A DNA stretch of 64,000 nucleotides from Shigella phage ESh16. The translations under genes and the position numbers were made by a program. The notes under the pieces were generated by a model, which was given only the letters and a program-made list of their open reading frames with translations, was not told the origin of the DNA and ran no database searches. The DNA lies in the sequence record ON528726. One strand, 5' to 3'. Positions 27,572 through 37,336 of this stretch are shown in pieces; positions within the stretch are counted from its first letter, which is position 1; the number at the start of each line of letters is the position of its first letter.

Positions 27572-30268
27572 ATGAAAGAATTTTATATCTCTATCGAAAC
27601 AGTCGGAAATAATATTGTTGAGCGTTATATTGATGAAAATGGAAAGGAACGTACTCGTGAAGTAGAATATCTTCCGACTATGTTTAGGCATTGTAAGGAA
27701 GAGTCAAAGTACAAAGACATTTATGGTAAAAATTGCGCTCCTCAAAAATTTCCATCAATGAAAGATGCACGAGACTGGATGAAACGAATGGAAGACATTG
27801 GTCTCGAAGCTCTCGGTATGAACGATTTTAAACTCGCTTATATCAGTGATACATATGGTTCAGAAATTGTTTATGACCGAAAATTTGTTCGTGTAGCTAA
27901 CTGTGACATTGAGGTTACTGGTGATAAATTTCCTGACCCAATGAAAGCAGAATATGAAATTGATGCTATCACTCATTATGATTCAATTGACGATCGTTTT
28001 TACGTCTTTGATTTGTTGAATTCAATGTACGGTTCAGTATCAAAATGGGATGCAAAGTTAGCTGCTAAGCTTGACTGTGAAGGTGGTGATGAAGTTCCTC
28101 AAGAAATTCTTGATCGAGTAATTTATATGCCATTTGATAATGAGCGTGATATGCTCATGGAATATATTAATCTCTGGGAACAGAAACGACCTGCTATTTT
28201 TACTGGTTGGAATATTGAGGGATTTGACGTTCCGTATATCATGAATCGCGTTAAAATGGTTCTCGGTGAACGTAGTATGAAACGCTTCTCTCCAATCGGT
28301 CGAGTAAAATCTAAACTAATTCAAAATATGTACGGTAGCAAAGAAATTTATTCTATTGATGGCGTATCTATTCTTGATTATTTAGATTTGTACAAGAAAT
28401 TCGCATTTACTAATTTGCCATCGTTCTCTTTGGAATCAGTTGCTCAACATGAAACCAAAAAAGGTAAATTGCCGTACGATGGTCCTATTAATAAACTTCG
28501 TGAGACTAATCATCAACGATACATTAGTTATAACATCATTGACGTAGAATCAGTTCAAGCAATTGATAAAATTCGTGGGTTTATCGATCTAGTTTTAAGT
28601 ATGTCTTATTACGCTAAAATGCCTTTTTCTGGTGTAATGAGTCCTATTAAAACTTGGGATGCTATTATTTTTAACTCACTGAAAGGTGAACATAAGGTTA
28701 TTCCTCAACAAGGTTCGCACGTTAAACAGAGTTTTCCAGGTGCATTTGTGTTTGAACCTAAACCGATTGCTCGTCGATACATTATGAGTTTTGACTTGAC
28801 GTCTCTGTATCCTAGCATTATTCGTCAGGTTAACATTAGTCCTGAGACTATTCGTGGGCAGTTTAAAGTTCATCCAATTCATGAATATATCGCAGGAACA
28901 GCTCCTAAGCCAAGTGATGAATATTCTTGCTCTCCGAATGGATGGATGTATGATAAGCACCAAGAAGGTATCATTCCAAAGGAAATCGCTAAAGTATTTT
29001 TCCAGCGTAAAGATTGGAAAAAGAAAATGTTCGCGGAAGAAATGAATGCCGAAGCTATTAAAAAGATTATTATGAAAGGTGCAGGGTCTTGTTCAACTAA
29101 ACCAGAAGTTGAACGATATGTTAAGTTCAGTGATGATTTCTTAAACGAATTATCGAATTACACTGAATCTGTTCTTAATAGTCTGATCGAAGAATGTGAA
29201 AAAGCAGCTACGCTTGCTAACACAAATCAGTTGAACCGTAAAATTCTTATTAACAGTCTTTATGGTGCTCTTGGTAATATTCATTTCCGTTACTATGATT
29301 TGCGAAATGCTACTGCTATCACAATTTTCGGTCAAGTCGGTATTCAGTGGATTGCTCGCAAAATTAATGAATATCTAAATAAAGTGTGTGGAACTAATGG
29401 TGAAGATTTCATCGCAGCAGGTGATACTGATTCGGTATACGTTTGTGTAGATAAAGTTATTGAAAAAGTAGGTCTTGATCGCTTTAAAGAACAAAATGAT
29501 TTAGTTGAATTCATGAATCAGTTTGGTAAGAAAAAGATGGAACCTATGATTGATGTTGCATATCGTGAGTTATGTGACTATATGAATAACCGCGAGCATC
29601 TGATGCATATGGACCGTGAAGCTATTTCTTGCCCTCCGCTTGGTTCAAAGGGTGTTGGTGGATTTTGGAAAGCGAAAAAACGTTATGCTCTGAACGTTTA
29701 TGATATGGAAGATAAGCGATTTGCTGAACCGCATCTAAAAATCATGGGTATGGAAACTCAGCAAAGTTCAACACCAAAAGCAGTACAAGAAGCTCTCGAA
29801 GAAAGTATTCGTCGTATTCTTCAGGAAGGTGAAGAGTCTGTCCAAGAATACTACAAGAACTTTGAGAAAGAATATCGTCAACTTGACTATAAAGTTATTG
29901 CTGAAGTAAAAACTGCGAATGATATAGCGAAATATGATGATAAAGGTTGGCCAGGATTTAAATGTCCGTTCCATATTCGTGGTGTGCTAACTTATCGTCG
30001 AGCTGTTAGCGGTTTAGGTGTAGCTCCAATTTTGGATGGAAATAAGGTAATGGTTCTTCCATTACGTGAAGGAAATCCATTTGGTGATAAGTGCATTGCT
30101 TGGCCATCGGGTACGGAACTTCCAAAAGAAATTCGTTCTGACGTACTGTCTTGGATTGACTACTCAACTTTGTTCCAAAAATCGTTTGTTAAACCGCTTG
30201 CGGGCATGTGTGAATCGGCAGGTATGGACTATGAGGAAAAAGCTTCGTTAGACTTCCTGTTTGGCTGA
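27572..30268 (+). CDS. 43: DNA polymerase gp43, family B (898 aa)
   Basis: Exo motifs (FDIE, YNIIDV), pol motifs DTDS and KKRY; length as recalled for T4 gp43. Confidence 0.97.
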   Translation: MKEFYISIETVGNNIVERYIDENGKERTREVEYLPTMFRHCKEESKYKDIYGKNCAPQKFPSMKDARDWMKRMEDIGLEALGMNDFKLAYISDTYGSEIVYDRKFVRVANCDIEVTGDKFPDPMKAEYEIDAITHYDSIDDRFYVFDLLNSMYGSVSKWDAKLAAKLDCEGGDEVPQEILDRVIYMPFDNERDMLMEYINLWEQKRPAIFTGWNIEGFDVPYIMNRVKMVLGERSMKRFSPIGRVKSKLIQNMYGSKEIYSIDGVSILDYLDLYKKFAFTNLPSFSLESVAQHETKKGKLPYDGPINKLRETNHQRYISYNIIDVESVQAIDKIRGFIDLVLSMSYYAKMPFSGVMSPIKTWDAIIFNSLKGEHKVIPQQGSHVKQSFPGAFVFEPKPIARRYIMSFDLTSLYPSIIRQVNISPETIRGQFKVHPIHEYIAGTAPKPSDEYSCSPNGWMYDKHQEGIIPKEIAKVFFQRKDWKKKMFAEEMNAEAIKKIIMKGAGSCSTKPEVERYVKFSDDFLNELSNYTESVLNSLIEECEKAATLANTNQLNRKILINSLYGALGNIHFRYYDLRNATAITIFGQVGIQWIARKINEYLNKVCGTNGEDFIAAGDTDSVYVCVDKVIEKVGLDRFKEQNDLVEFMNQFGKKKMEPMIDVAYRELCDYMNNREHLMHMDREAISCPPLGSKGVGGFWKAKKRYALNVYDMEDKRFAEPHLKIMGMETQQSSTPKAVQEALEESIRRILQEGEESVQEYYKNFEKEYRQLDYKVIAEVKTANDIAKYDDKGWPGFKCPFHIRGVLTYRRAVSGLGVAPILDGNKVMVLPLREGNPFGDKCIAWPSGTELPKEIRSDVLSWIDYSTLFQKSFVKPLAGMCESAGMDYEEKASLDFLFG

Positions 30269-30281
30269 TAGAATAAATCTA

Positions 30282-30303
30282 GGGACCTCCGGGTCCCTTT
30301 TTC
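30282..30303 (+). terminator. terminator hairpin (GGGACC-tcc-GGGTCCC plus T-run), 5' part of promoter cassette
   Basis: Inverted repeat followed by TTTTTC. Confidence 0.55.
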
Positions 30304-30372
30304 ATACAAGTAATATAAATCTATACTTAGGAAAAATAGATGATTCTGGACCTTTGGAATTCATTAAAAAAT

Positions 30373-30449
30373 TTTTCACAAAACGGTTTACAAGACTGTT
30401 CCTCTGTGGTACTATACAACTATCAACTGATACGGATTTGGAGAATGAA
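30373..30449 (+). promoter_or_regulatory. early promoter plus conserved leader (PeSL-like cassette copy)
   Basis: TTTTTCACAAAACGGTTTACA, GTGGTACTATACAACTATCAACTGATACGGATTTGGAGAAT; near-identical to 3463-3545. Confidence 0.6.
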
Positions 30450-30830
30450 ATGAAAATCGCTATTTTGGTTATTGTATTGGGTCTTACTGGTTGTGTAGCT
30501 CAAGGACCGGTAGTAAATCAATCTGATGTAGGAAAAATTGTAAACTGTTCAAGCAAATTTTATAATCCTAATGTTAAATGTTATAAAGAAGCTCCAAAAC
30601 AGACAGTAGAACAAATGCAGGCGAATTTTGACGAAGCTATTCGTCCAGATGAATCTGCTCAAGCATATCGTAATTCAGATGTAATTACACGCGAAGAAAA
30701 AATTGAAAACTACTGTGCTGAACTTTGGGCTAATTGGGCTAATAATTACCAATGGCGTACTGGTAAAAATGCTCCGATGGAGTATGTAGTGAATTCTTAT
30801 AATTCATGTGTAAAAAATTTGACTAAGTGA
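30450..30830 (+). CDS. predicted lipoprotein (126 aa)
   Basis: Signal peptide with lipobox LTGC (MKIAILVIVLGLTGCVAQ); ATG 30450 after cassette leader. Confidence 0.5.
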   Translation: MKIAILVIVLGLTGCVAQGPVVNQSDVGKIVNCSSKFYNPNVKCYKEAPKQTVEQMQANFDEAIRPDESAQAYRNSDVITREEKIENYCAELWANWANNYQWRTGKNAPMEYVVNSYNSCVKNLTK

Positions 30831-30837
30831 GGAAAAC

Positions 30838-31089
30838 ATGGAAACTTTAGTAGCAGGTTCAATTTTTATGGTTTTAGTTTCAGGCGTGTTGGCTATTATT
30901 ATATACATGCTTCCGTGGTTCATCGCCTTGATGCGCGGGTCAAAATCGACAGTAGGAATCTTTTTCACATCTTTACTGTTTAACTGGTCAATTATTGGTT
31001 GGTTTATTACCTTTATTTGGTCAATTGCTGGTGAAACTAAAAAATCTGCACAGCAAAATCAAGTAATTATCATCAGAGAGAAGGAATGA
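30838..31089 (+). CDS. imm: immunity (superinfection exclusion) membrane protein Imm (83 aa)
   Basis: Two hydrophobic helices; length and position between 43 and 42 as recalled for T4 imm. Confidence 0.75.
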   Translation: METLVAGSIFMVLVSGVLAIIIYMLPWFIALMRGSKSTVGIFFTSLLFNWSIIGWFITFIWSIAGETKKSAQQNQVIIIREKE

Positions 31090-31235
31090 AAAGCAAAATT
31101 TTAGCAGTATTGCTTTTAATCTTGATGATTATAATAAGTATATACTATAGCGTAACGGTTCCTTGTATGATTCCGACACTTATTATAGGTTGGGGTTTAT
31201 TACTGTTACAAGTTAAATATGAATGCATCAATTGA
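31086..31235 (+). CDS. small membrane protein (49 aa)
   Basis: Hydrophobic ORF overlapping imm stop; below track threshold. Confidence 0.3.
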   Translation: MKSKILAVLLLILMIIISIYYSVTVPCMIPTLIIGWGLLLLQVKYECIN

Positions 31236-31242
31236 GGTTTAA

Positions 31243-31983
31243 ATGATTAATGACTCTTTGACAGTTGAAGAAACTCGTCTTCATTTGGGAATTGCGTTAA
31301 AGGAAAAAGATTTCGTAATTGATAAAACTGGTGTTAAAACTATTGAAATTATTGGCGCATCATTTGTAGCAGATGAACCTTTTATTTTTGGCGCTCTTAA
31401 TGATGAATACATTCAGCGTGAACTTGAATGGTATAAATCTAAAAGTTTGTTTGTTAAAGATATTCCGGGTGAAACACCGAAGATTTGGCAACAGGTAGCA
31501 TCTTCTAAAGGCGAAATTAACTCGAATTATGGTTGGGCCATCTGGTCAGAAGATAACTATGCCCAGTATGATATGTGTTTAGCTGAACTTGGTCAAAATC
31601 CTGATTCTCGACGCGGTATCATGATTTATACTCGTCCATCCATGCAGTTTGACTACAATAAAGATGGTATGTCAGATTTCATGTGTACGAATACAGTACA
31701 GTATCTGATTCGTGATAAGAAAGTCAATGCAGTAGTAAGCATGCGTTCAAATGACGTGGTTTTCGGATTCCGTAATGATTATGCATGGCAAAAATACGTA
31801 CTAGATAAATTAGTATCTGATTTGAATGCAGGTGATTCAACTCGTCAGTATAAAGCAGGTTCCATTATATGGAATGTCGGGAGCCTTCACGTGTATTCCC
31901 GTCATTTTTATTTGGTTGACCATTGGTGGAAAACTGGCGAAACTCATATTGCGAAAAAAGATTATAACGGTGAGTGGAAATGA
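31243..31983 (+). CDS. 42: dCMP hydroxymethylase gp42 (246 aa)
   Basis: Thymidylate-synthase-like fold; length and sequence as recalled for T4 gp42. Confidence 0.93.
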   Translation: MINDSLTVEETRLHLGIALKEKDFVIDKTGVKTIEIIGASFVADEPFIFGALNDEYIQRELEWYKSKSLFVKDIPGETPKIWQQVASSKGEINSNYGWAIWSEDNYAQYDMCLAELGQNPDSRRGIMIYTRPSMQFDYNKDGMSDFMCTNTVQYLIRDKKVNAVVSMRSNDVVFGFRNDYAWQKYVLDKLVSDLNAGDSTRQYKAGSIIWNVGSLHVYSRHFYLVDHWWKTGETHIAKKDYNGEWK

Positions 31984-32822
31984 TTCAATTCGTAATTCCA
32001 AGCTATCAACGCGTAGGGGCAGTTTCTGCCCTTGATATGTTTCCGACTGATTATGAACCTCATATTGTAGTGCGTGAACACGAAGAAAAAGCTTATTATG
32101 ACGCTTACGGGTCTAGAGCCAAAATTATAACTATTCCTGATGATGTTAATGGAATTGCTGGCACTCGCAAAGCAATTACTGAAATGTATGCAGGTCAACG
32201 AATTTGGATGATTGATGATGATACTACTATTCGTATGAGTTCAATGCGAAAGAAAGATGATCGTCGCTGCGTAGATAAAATTAATCAGTTAACTCGTGAA
32301 CAGTTCTATGAATTGATTCAATACGTTGAAGATGCCATGGATTGCGGGTATTATCATGGTCATGCTCGTTTACCAATTTTTAAAATTACTTCATCTTGGG
32401 GTAATTATCGTGAAAATTCATATGGATTCACGAATACTTGGTATGACCTTGGAAAACTTACAACAGAACAAATTGGGTATGGAAAAATTGATTTATGCGA
32501 AGATATGTATGCATTTCTCAATTTAATTAATCAAGGTTATCCGCATTTGGCCTTGTTCAAATATCTGGTTGTATCTGGAAAAGCGCAAGCTCCTGGCGGA
32601 TGTAGTTCAATTCGTAGTAATTCAAAACATAATAGAGCTCTTGAGCAAATCAATAGAGAGTTTCCAGAGCAAGCTCGTTGGAAAACATCGAATATTGAAA
32701 AGAGAAAATCGTTAGGTGAAGAAGACGAGCCATTAAAGGTTCTTCGCATGTGTGTTTCGCGCAAAGAAAAATCAGAAGCGTTTCATAAGTTTAATGCTAT
32801 TCATCCAATAGCAGTCGATTAA
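31980..32822 (+). CDS. glycosyltransferase in the beta-gt slot, likely beta-glucosyl-HMC alpha-glucosyltransferase (280 aa)
   Basis: ATGA overlap with gene 42 stop; DDD (DxD-like) motif; too short and unlike the 351-aa T4 beta-gt as I recall it. Confidence 0.55.
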   Translation: MIQFVIPSYQRVGAVSALDMFPTDYEPHIVVREHEEKAYYDAYGSRAKIITIPDDVNGIAGTRKAITEMYAGQRIWMIDDDTTIRMSSMRKKDDRRCVDKINQLTREQFYELIQYVEDAMDCGYYHGHARLPIFKITSSWGNYRENSYGFTNTWYDLGKLTTEQIGYGKIDLCEDMYAFLNLINQGYPHLALFKYLVVSGKAQAPGGCSSIRSNSKHNRALEQINREFPEQARWKTSNIEKRKSLGEEDEPLKVLRMCVSRKEKSEAFHKFNAIHPIAVD

Positions 32823-32899
32823 TGCCTAAATTTATTGTGTTATAATTACTTTATCTTTAACCAGTGATGAAAATATAATGTTGCCTATGGAAAAAATGA

Positions 32900-34081
32900 A
32901 TGTCTATTGCAGATTTAAAATCCCGTTTGATTAAAGCTTCCACTTCTAAAATGACTGCTGAACTGACTACATCTAAATTCTTTAATGAAAAGGATGTAAT
33001 CCGTACAAAAATCCCAATGCTTAATATCGCTATTTCTGGTGCGATTGATGGTGGTATGCAGTCTGGTTTAACCATTTTTGCAGGTCCTTCTAAACACTTT
33101 AAATCAAATATGTCTTTGACTATGGTTGCGGCGTATTTGAACAAATATCCTGACGCGGTATGTCTATTCTATGATAGCGAATTTGGTATTACTCCTGCTT
33201 ATTTGCGATCCATGGGAGTTGACCCGGAACGAGTAATTCATACACCAATTCAGTCAGTTGAACAGCTGAAAATTGATATGGTGAATCAGCTTGAAGCTAT
33301 TGAGCGTGGTGAAAAAGTTATTGTATTCATCGACTCAATCGGTAATATGGCTTCTAAGAAAGAAACGGAAGATGCCTTGAATGAAAAATCTGTGGCAGAT
33401 ATGACTCGTGCTAAATCACTGAAGTCATTATTCCGTATTGTTACTCCTTATTTTAGTATTAAAAATATTCCATGTGTTGCGGTTAACCATACAATTGAAA
33501 CAATTGAAATGTTTAGTAAAACCGTGATGACAGGTGGTACAGGCGTAATGTATTCGGCTGATACTGTATTCATTATCGGTAAGCGCCAGATTAAAGATGG
33601 TTCTGATCTTCAGGGGTATCAATTTGTTCTAAATGTAGAAAAATCTCGTACTGTTAAAGAAAAAAGTAAATTCTTTATTGATGTTAAATTTGACGGTGGT
33701 ATCGATCCTTATTCTGGATTGTTAGATATGGCTTTAGAATTAGGATTTGTGGTAAAACCTAAAAATGGCTGGTATGCTCGTGAATTTCTTGACGAAGAAA
33801 CCGGCGAGATGATTCGCGAAGAAAAATCTTGGCGTGCAAAAGATACTAATTGCACTACATTCTGGGGTCCTTTATTTAAGCATCAACCGTTCCGAGATGC
33901 TATTAAACGTGCTTATCAGTTAGGTGCTATTGATAGTAATGAAATTGTTGAAGCTGAAGTTGATGAATTGATTAACTCAAAGGTTGAAAAATTTAAATCT
34001 CCAGAAAGTAAAAGTAAATCAGCAGCTGATTTAGAAACTGACCTAGATCAGTTAAGTGATATGGAAGAATTTAATGAATAA
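32900..34081 (+). CDS. uvsX: recombinase UvsX, RecA-like (393 aa)
   Basis: Walker A GPSKHFKS and N-terminal MSIADLKSRLIKASTSK as recalled for T4 UvsX. Confidence 0.95.
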   Translation: MSIADLKSRLIKASTSKMTAELTTSKFFNEKDVIRTKIPMLNIAISGAIDGGMQSGLTIFAGPSKHFKSNMSLTMVAAYLNKYPDAVCLFYDSEFGITPAYLRSMGVDPERVIHTPIQSVEQLKIDMVNQLEAIERGEKVIVFIDSIGNMASKKETEDALNEKSVADMTRAKSLKSLFRIVTPYFSIKNIPCVAVNHTIETIEMFSKTVMTGGTGVMYSADTVFIIGKRQIKDGSDLQGYQFVLNVEKSRTVKEKSKFFIDVKFDGGIDPYSGLLDMALELGFVVKPKNGWYAREFLDEETGEMIREEKSWRAKDTNCTTFWGPLFKHQPFRDAIKRAYQLGAIDSNEIVEAEVDELINSKVEKFKSPESKSKSAADLETDLDQLSDMEEFNE

Positions 34082-34418
34082 AGATGATTTAGATTTAGAT
34101 CTAGAAATTATCGATGAACCCCCCTCTTCGGAGGGGGAAGAAGAAAGAAAAGAACGTCTTTTTAATGAATCTCTTAAGATAATTAAATCTGCCATGGAAA
34201 ATGTTATCCAGGAGATTGTCATTAAACTAGAAGACGGTTCTACACACATTGTGTATGTGACAAAATTAGATTGGGTTGATGGAAAAGTCGTAATGGACTT
34301 TGCTGTTCTTGACCAAGAAAGAAAAGCTGAGTTAGCTCCTCATGTAGAAAAATGTATTACAATGCAACTACAAGATGCATTTAATAAAAGGTCAAAGAAA
34401 AAATTTAAATTCTTTTAA
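34074..34418 (+). CDS. 40: gp40 head vertex assembly chaperone (114 aa)
   Basis: ATG 34074 overlapping uvsX stop; acidic N-terminus; size and position as in T4. Confidence 0.7.
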   Translation: MNKDDLDLDLEIIDEPPSSEGEEERKERLFNESLKIIKSAMENVIQEIVIKLEDGSTHIVYVTKLDWVDGKVVMDFAVLDQERKAELAPHVEKCITMQLQDAFNKRSKKKFKFF

Positions 34419-34427
34419 GGAGTAAGT

Positions 34428-35855
34428 GTGGTAGAAATTATTCTTTCTCATCTCATATTTGATCAAGCTTATTTTTCAAAAGTTTGGCCATATATGGATT
34501 CAGAATATTTTGAAAGTGGTCCAGCTAAAAATACATTCAAATTAATTAAATCTCATGTTAATGAGTACCATAGCGTTCCATCTATTAATGCGTTAAATGT
34601 TGCATTAGAAAATAGTTCATTTACTGAAACAGAATATTCTGGTGTAAAAACACTTATTTCGAAACTAGCCGATTCTCCAGAAGACCACAGCTGGTTAGTA
34701 AAAGAAACAGAAAAATATGTTCAGCAAAGGGCGATGTTTAATGCTACGTCTAAAATAATTGAAATTCAAACTAATGCTGAGCTTCCTCCGGAAAAACGAA
34801 ATAAGAAAATGCCGGATGTTGGTGCTATTCCTGACATCATGCGCCAAGCATTATCAATTTCATTTGATAGTTACGTTGGTCATGATTGGATGGATGACTA
34901 CGAAGCACGTTGGCTATCTTATATGAATAAAGCTCGTAAGGTTCCATTTAAACTCAAAATTCTAAATAAAATTACTAAAGGCGGAGCTGAAACTGGAACA
35001 CTGAACGTTTTAATGGCTGGTGTTAACGTCGGTAAGTCATTAGGTCTGTGTTCATTGGCAGCAGATTATTTGCAGCTCGGACATAATGTTCTTTACATTT
35101 CCATGGAAATGGCAGAAGAAGTCTGTGCTAAGCGTATTGATGCTAATATGCTTGATGTTTCTCTTGATGACATTGATGATGGGCATATTTCTTACGCTGA
35201 ATATAAAGGAAAAATGGAAAAATGGCGTGAGAAATCTACTCTCGGCCGTTTAATCGTTAAACAGTATCCTACTGGTGGAGCAGACGCTAATACATTTCGG
35301 TCGCTTTTAAATGAATTAAAGCTCAAGAAGAATTTTGTTCCAACAATCATTATTGTTGACTATCTAGGTATTTGTAAATCTTGCCGCATCAGAGTTTATT
35401 CAGAAAATAGTTACACAACTGTTAAAGCTATCGCAGAGGAATTGCGTGCTCTGGCTGTTGAAACCGAAACTGTTCTTTGGACCGCAGCACAGGTTGGTAA
35501 GCAAGCTTGGGATTCTTCTGATGTTAACATGAGCGATATTGCAGAATCTGCCGGTCTTCCAGCAACAGCTGATTTTATGCTTGCGGTCATTGAAACCGAG
35601 GAGTTAGCAGCTGCTGAACAACAACTCATTAAGCAAATCAAATCACGATACGGTGATAAGAATAAATGGAATAAGTTTTTAATGGGTGTTCAAAAAGGAA
35701 ATCAGAAATGGGTAGAAATTGAACAAGATTCTACTCCAACTGAAGTGAACGAAGTAGCAGGTTCACAGCAGATTCAGGCTGAACAGAATCGCTATCAAAG
35801 AAACGAATCTGCTCGAGCCCAGTTAGATGCTTTGGCGAATGAATTAAAATTTTAG
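34428..35855 (+). CDS. 41: replicative DNA helicase gp41 (475 aa)
   Basis: GTG start (VEIILSHLIFDQAYFSK); Walker A GVNVGKS; DnaB-like; length as recalled. Confidence 0.95.
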   Translation: MVEIILSHLIFDQAYFSKVWPYMDSEYFESGPAKNTFKLIKSHVNEYHSVPSINALNVALENSSFTETEYSGVKTLISKLADSPEDHSWLVKETEKYVQQRAMFNATSKIIEIQTNAELPPEKRNKKMPDVGAIPDIMRQALSISFDSYVGHDWMDDYEARWLSYMNKARKVPFKLKILNKITKGGAETGTLNVLMAGVNVGKSLGLCSLAADYLQLGHNVLYISMEMAEEVCAKRIDANMLDVSLDDIDDGHISYAEYKGKMEKWREKSTLGRLIVKQYPTGGADANTFRSLLNELKLKKNFVPTIIIVDYLGICKSCRIRVYSENSYTTVKAIAEELRALAVETETVLWTAAQVGKQAWDSSDVNMSDIAESAGLPATADFMLAVIETEELAAAEQQLIKQIKSRYGDKNKWNKFLMGVQKGNQKWVEIEQDSTPTEVNEVAGSQQIQAEQNRYQRNESARAQLDALANELKF

Positions 35856-35890
35856 TTTACAAGCTGACAAGACTATGGTATAGTAGTCTT
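35855..35890 (+). promoter_or_regulatory. early promoter upstream of dmd
   Basis: GTTTAC at 35855-35860, TATGGTATAGTAG about 15 nt downstream. Confidence 0.5.
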
Positions 35891-35913
35891 GTTGGTTAAA
35901 TGAGGAGATTGTT

Positions 35914-36096
35914 ATGGAATTGGTAAAGGTAGTTTTTATGGGGTGGTTTAAGAATGAAAGCATGTTTACTAAAGAAATCACAATGATGAAAGATGACGTT
36001 CAATGGGCTACTACTCAATATGCTGAAGTTAATAAAGCGCTAGTTAAAGCTTTCATTGATGACAAGAAAGTATGTGAAGTGGATTGCCGAGGATAA
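35914..36096 (+). CDS. dmd: Dmd antitoxin, discriminator of mRNA degradation (60 aa)
   Basis: MELVKVVFMGWFKNESMFTKEITMMKDDVQWATTQYAEV as recalled for T4 Dmd; adjacent to gene 41. Confidence 0.85.
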   Translation: MELVKVVFMGWFKNESMFTKEITMMKDDVQWATTQYAEVNKALVKAFIDDKKVCEVDCRG

Positions 36097-36097
36097 T

Positions 36098-36355
36098 ATG
36101 CATATTGTTTTATTTAAACCTACTCCGTATAACGTCAGAAAAAATACTCAATTCAAAGCACTTATTGCAGATACGTGGGAATTAGTATTAGATATTCCAG
36201 CAGAAGAAAGTCCTCCATTTGGTCGAGTGGAATTTATTAAGTTTGCTGTGCGCCCTACGAAGCGACAGATTCGTCAATGCAAAAGATACTTTCGTAAAAT
36301 CGTCAAGTTAGAGAAACAGTTTGTAACATGTGATTATGCAGAAGTTTTAAAATAA
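36098..36355 (+). CDS. hypothetical basic protein (85 aa), T4 61.4 position
   Basis: ATG 36098 right after dmd stop with SD GAGGA; in-frame part of track ORF 36056. Confidence 0.4.
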   Translation: MHIVLFKPTPYNVRKNTQFKALIADTWELVLDIPAEESPPFGRVEFIKFAVRPTKRQIRQCKRYFRKIVKLEKQFVTCDYAEVLK

Positions 36356-36357
36356 CT

Positions 36358-36392
36358 GTTTACTTTTATTGGAAATTGAGATACTATATAAA
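36358..36392 (+). promoter_or_regulatory. early promoter upstream of sp
   Basis: GTTTAC at 36358-36363, GATACTATATAA -10. Confidence 0.5.
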
Positions 36393-36415
36393 CATAAACT
36401 ACTGAGGAGATTATC

Positions 36416-36709
36416 ATGAAAAAATTTATCTTTGCTACAATTTTTGCTTTATCTTCTTGTGCTGCTCAGCCTGCTATGGCGGGTTATGACAAAGATTTGT
36501 GTGAATGGTCTATGACTGCAGATCAGACTGAAGTTGAAACTCAAATTGAAGCAGATATTATGAATATCGTTGAGCGTGATCGTCCTGAAATGAAAGCTGA
36601 AGTGCAAAAACAACTTAAGTCTGGTGGTGTAATGCAGTATAATTATGTTCTGTATTGCGATAAAAACTTTAATAATAAAAATATCATCGCTGAAGTGGTA
36701 GGTGAATAA
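36416..36709 (+). CDS. sp: Spackle (Sp) periplasmic superinfection-exclusion protein (97 aa)
   Basis: Signal peptide MKKFIFATIFALSSCAAQPAMA; 97 aa; position between dmd and 61. Confidence 0.65.
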   Translation: MKKFIFATIFALSSCAAQPAMAGYDKDLCEWSMTADQTEVETQIEADIMNIVERDRPEMKAEVQKQLKSGGVMQYNYVLYCDKNFNNKNIIAEVVGE

Positions 36710-37335
36710 TGCTCTATCAAATGCACAAGTGCAAAGATACATACAAATATAAAGGTGCCAAGTGTTATATCATTAATCGTGAAAACGCGGGTCCAGGTCA
36801 TTCACATCAATCACGGTTTGTATTCGTTAAAAACAATGAAATTATAGCAGTTGCTAATTACATGCTTGTGACTAATGATGTTAATCCGGTGCCTTTTACA
36901 TATTATAATCTAATGGATTTGGCGTACGATTATAATTGGTTTAATCGTAATACTTTGGCTCATATTGAAGGTGTAGGATTTGACATCTCTTATTCTAGTT
37001 ACTCGTTGTGTCCTATGAGCCGAGCTCATAAAGAGCCTGAATATTTTTCATTTCGTCGGCGTGTAGACTTTAAACGCAGCACAGAGTATATCGGTGGAAT
37101 CTTTGTTAAAGATAATCGAATTACTCGCATTATTTATCCTTTGGGCTGTGGTCAAAAAGATATTGATGTTGATTTAGACTTTACTGAAAACATCATTAAT
37201 CATATTGCTTCTGTGTATTTTGATATTGATCACAAAATTGTAATATGTGGATATGAATTACCATCAGAAAAACAGTCTAAAGTAAATGTTTCTATTGATG
37301 ACCAAATTTTTAATGCTTTTATGAATAGAGGTTAA
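36709..37335 (+). CDS. hypothetical protein (208 aa), T4 61.2 position
   Basis: Size and synteny match T4 61.2; sequence not independently recognised. Confidence 0.45.
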   Translation: MLYQMHKCKDTYKYKGAKCYIINRENAGPGHSHQSRFVFVKNNEIIAVANYMLVTNDVNPVPFTYYNLMDLAYDYNWFNRNTLAHIEGVGFDISYSSYSLCPMSRAHKEPEYFSFRRRVDFKRSTEYIGGIFVKDNRITRIIYPLGCGQKDIDVDLDFTENIINHIASVYFDIDHKIVICGYELPSEKQSKVNVSIDDQIFNAFMNRG

Positions 37336-37336
37336 T

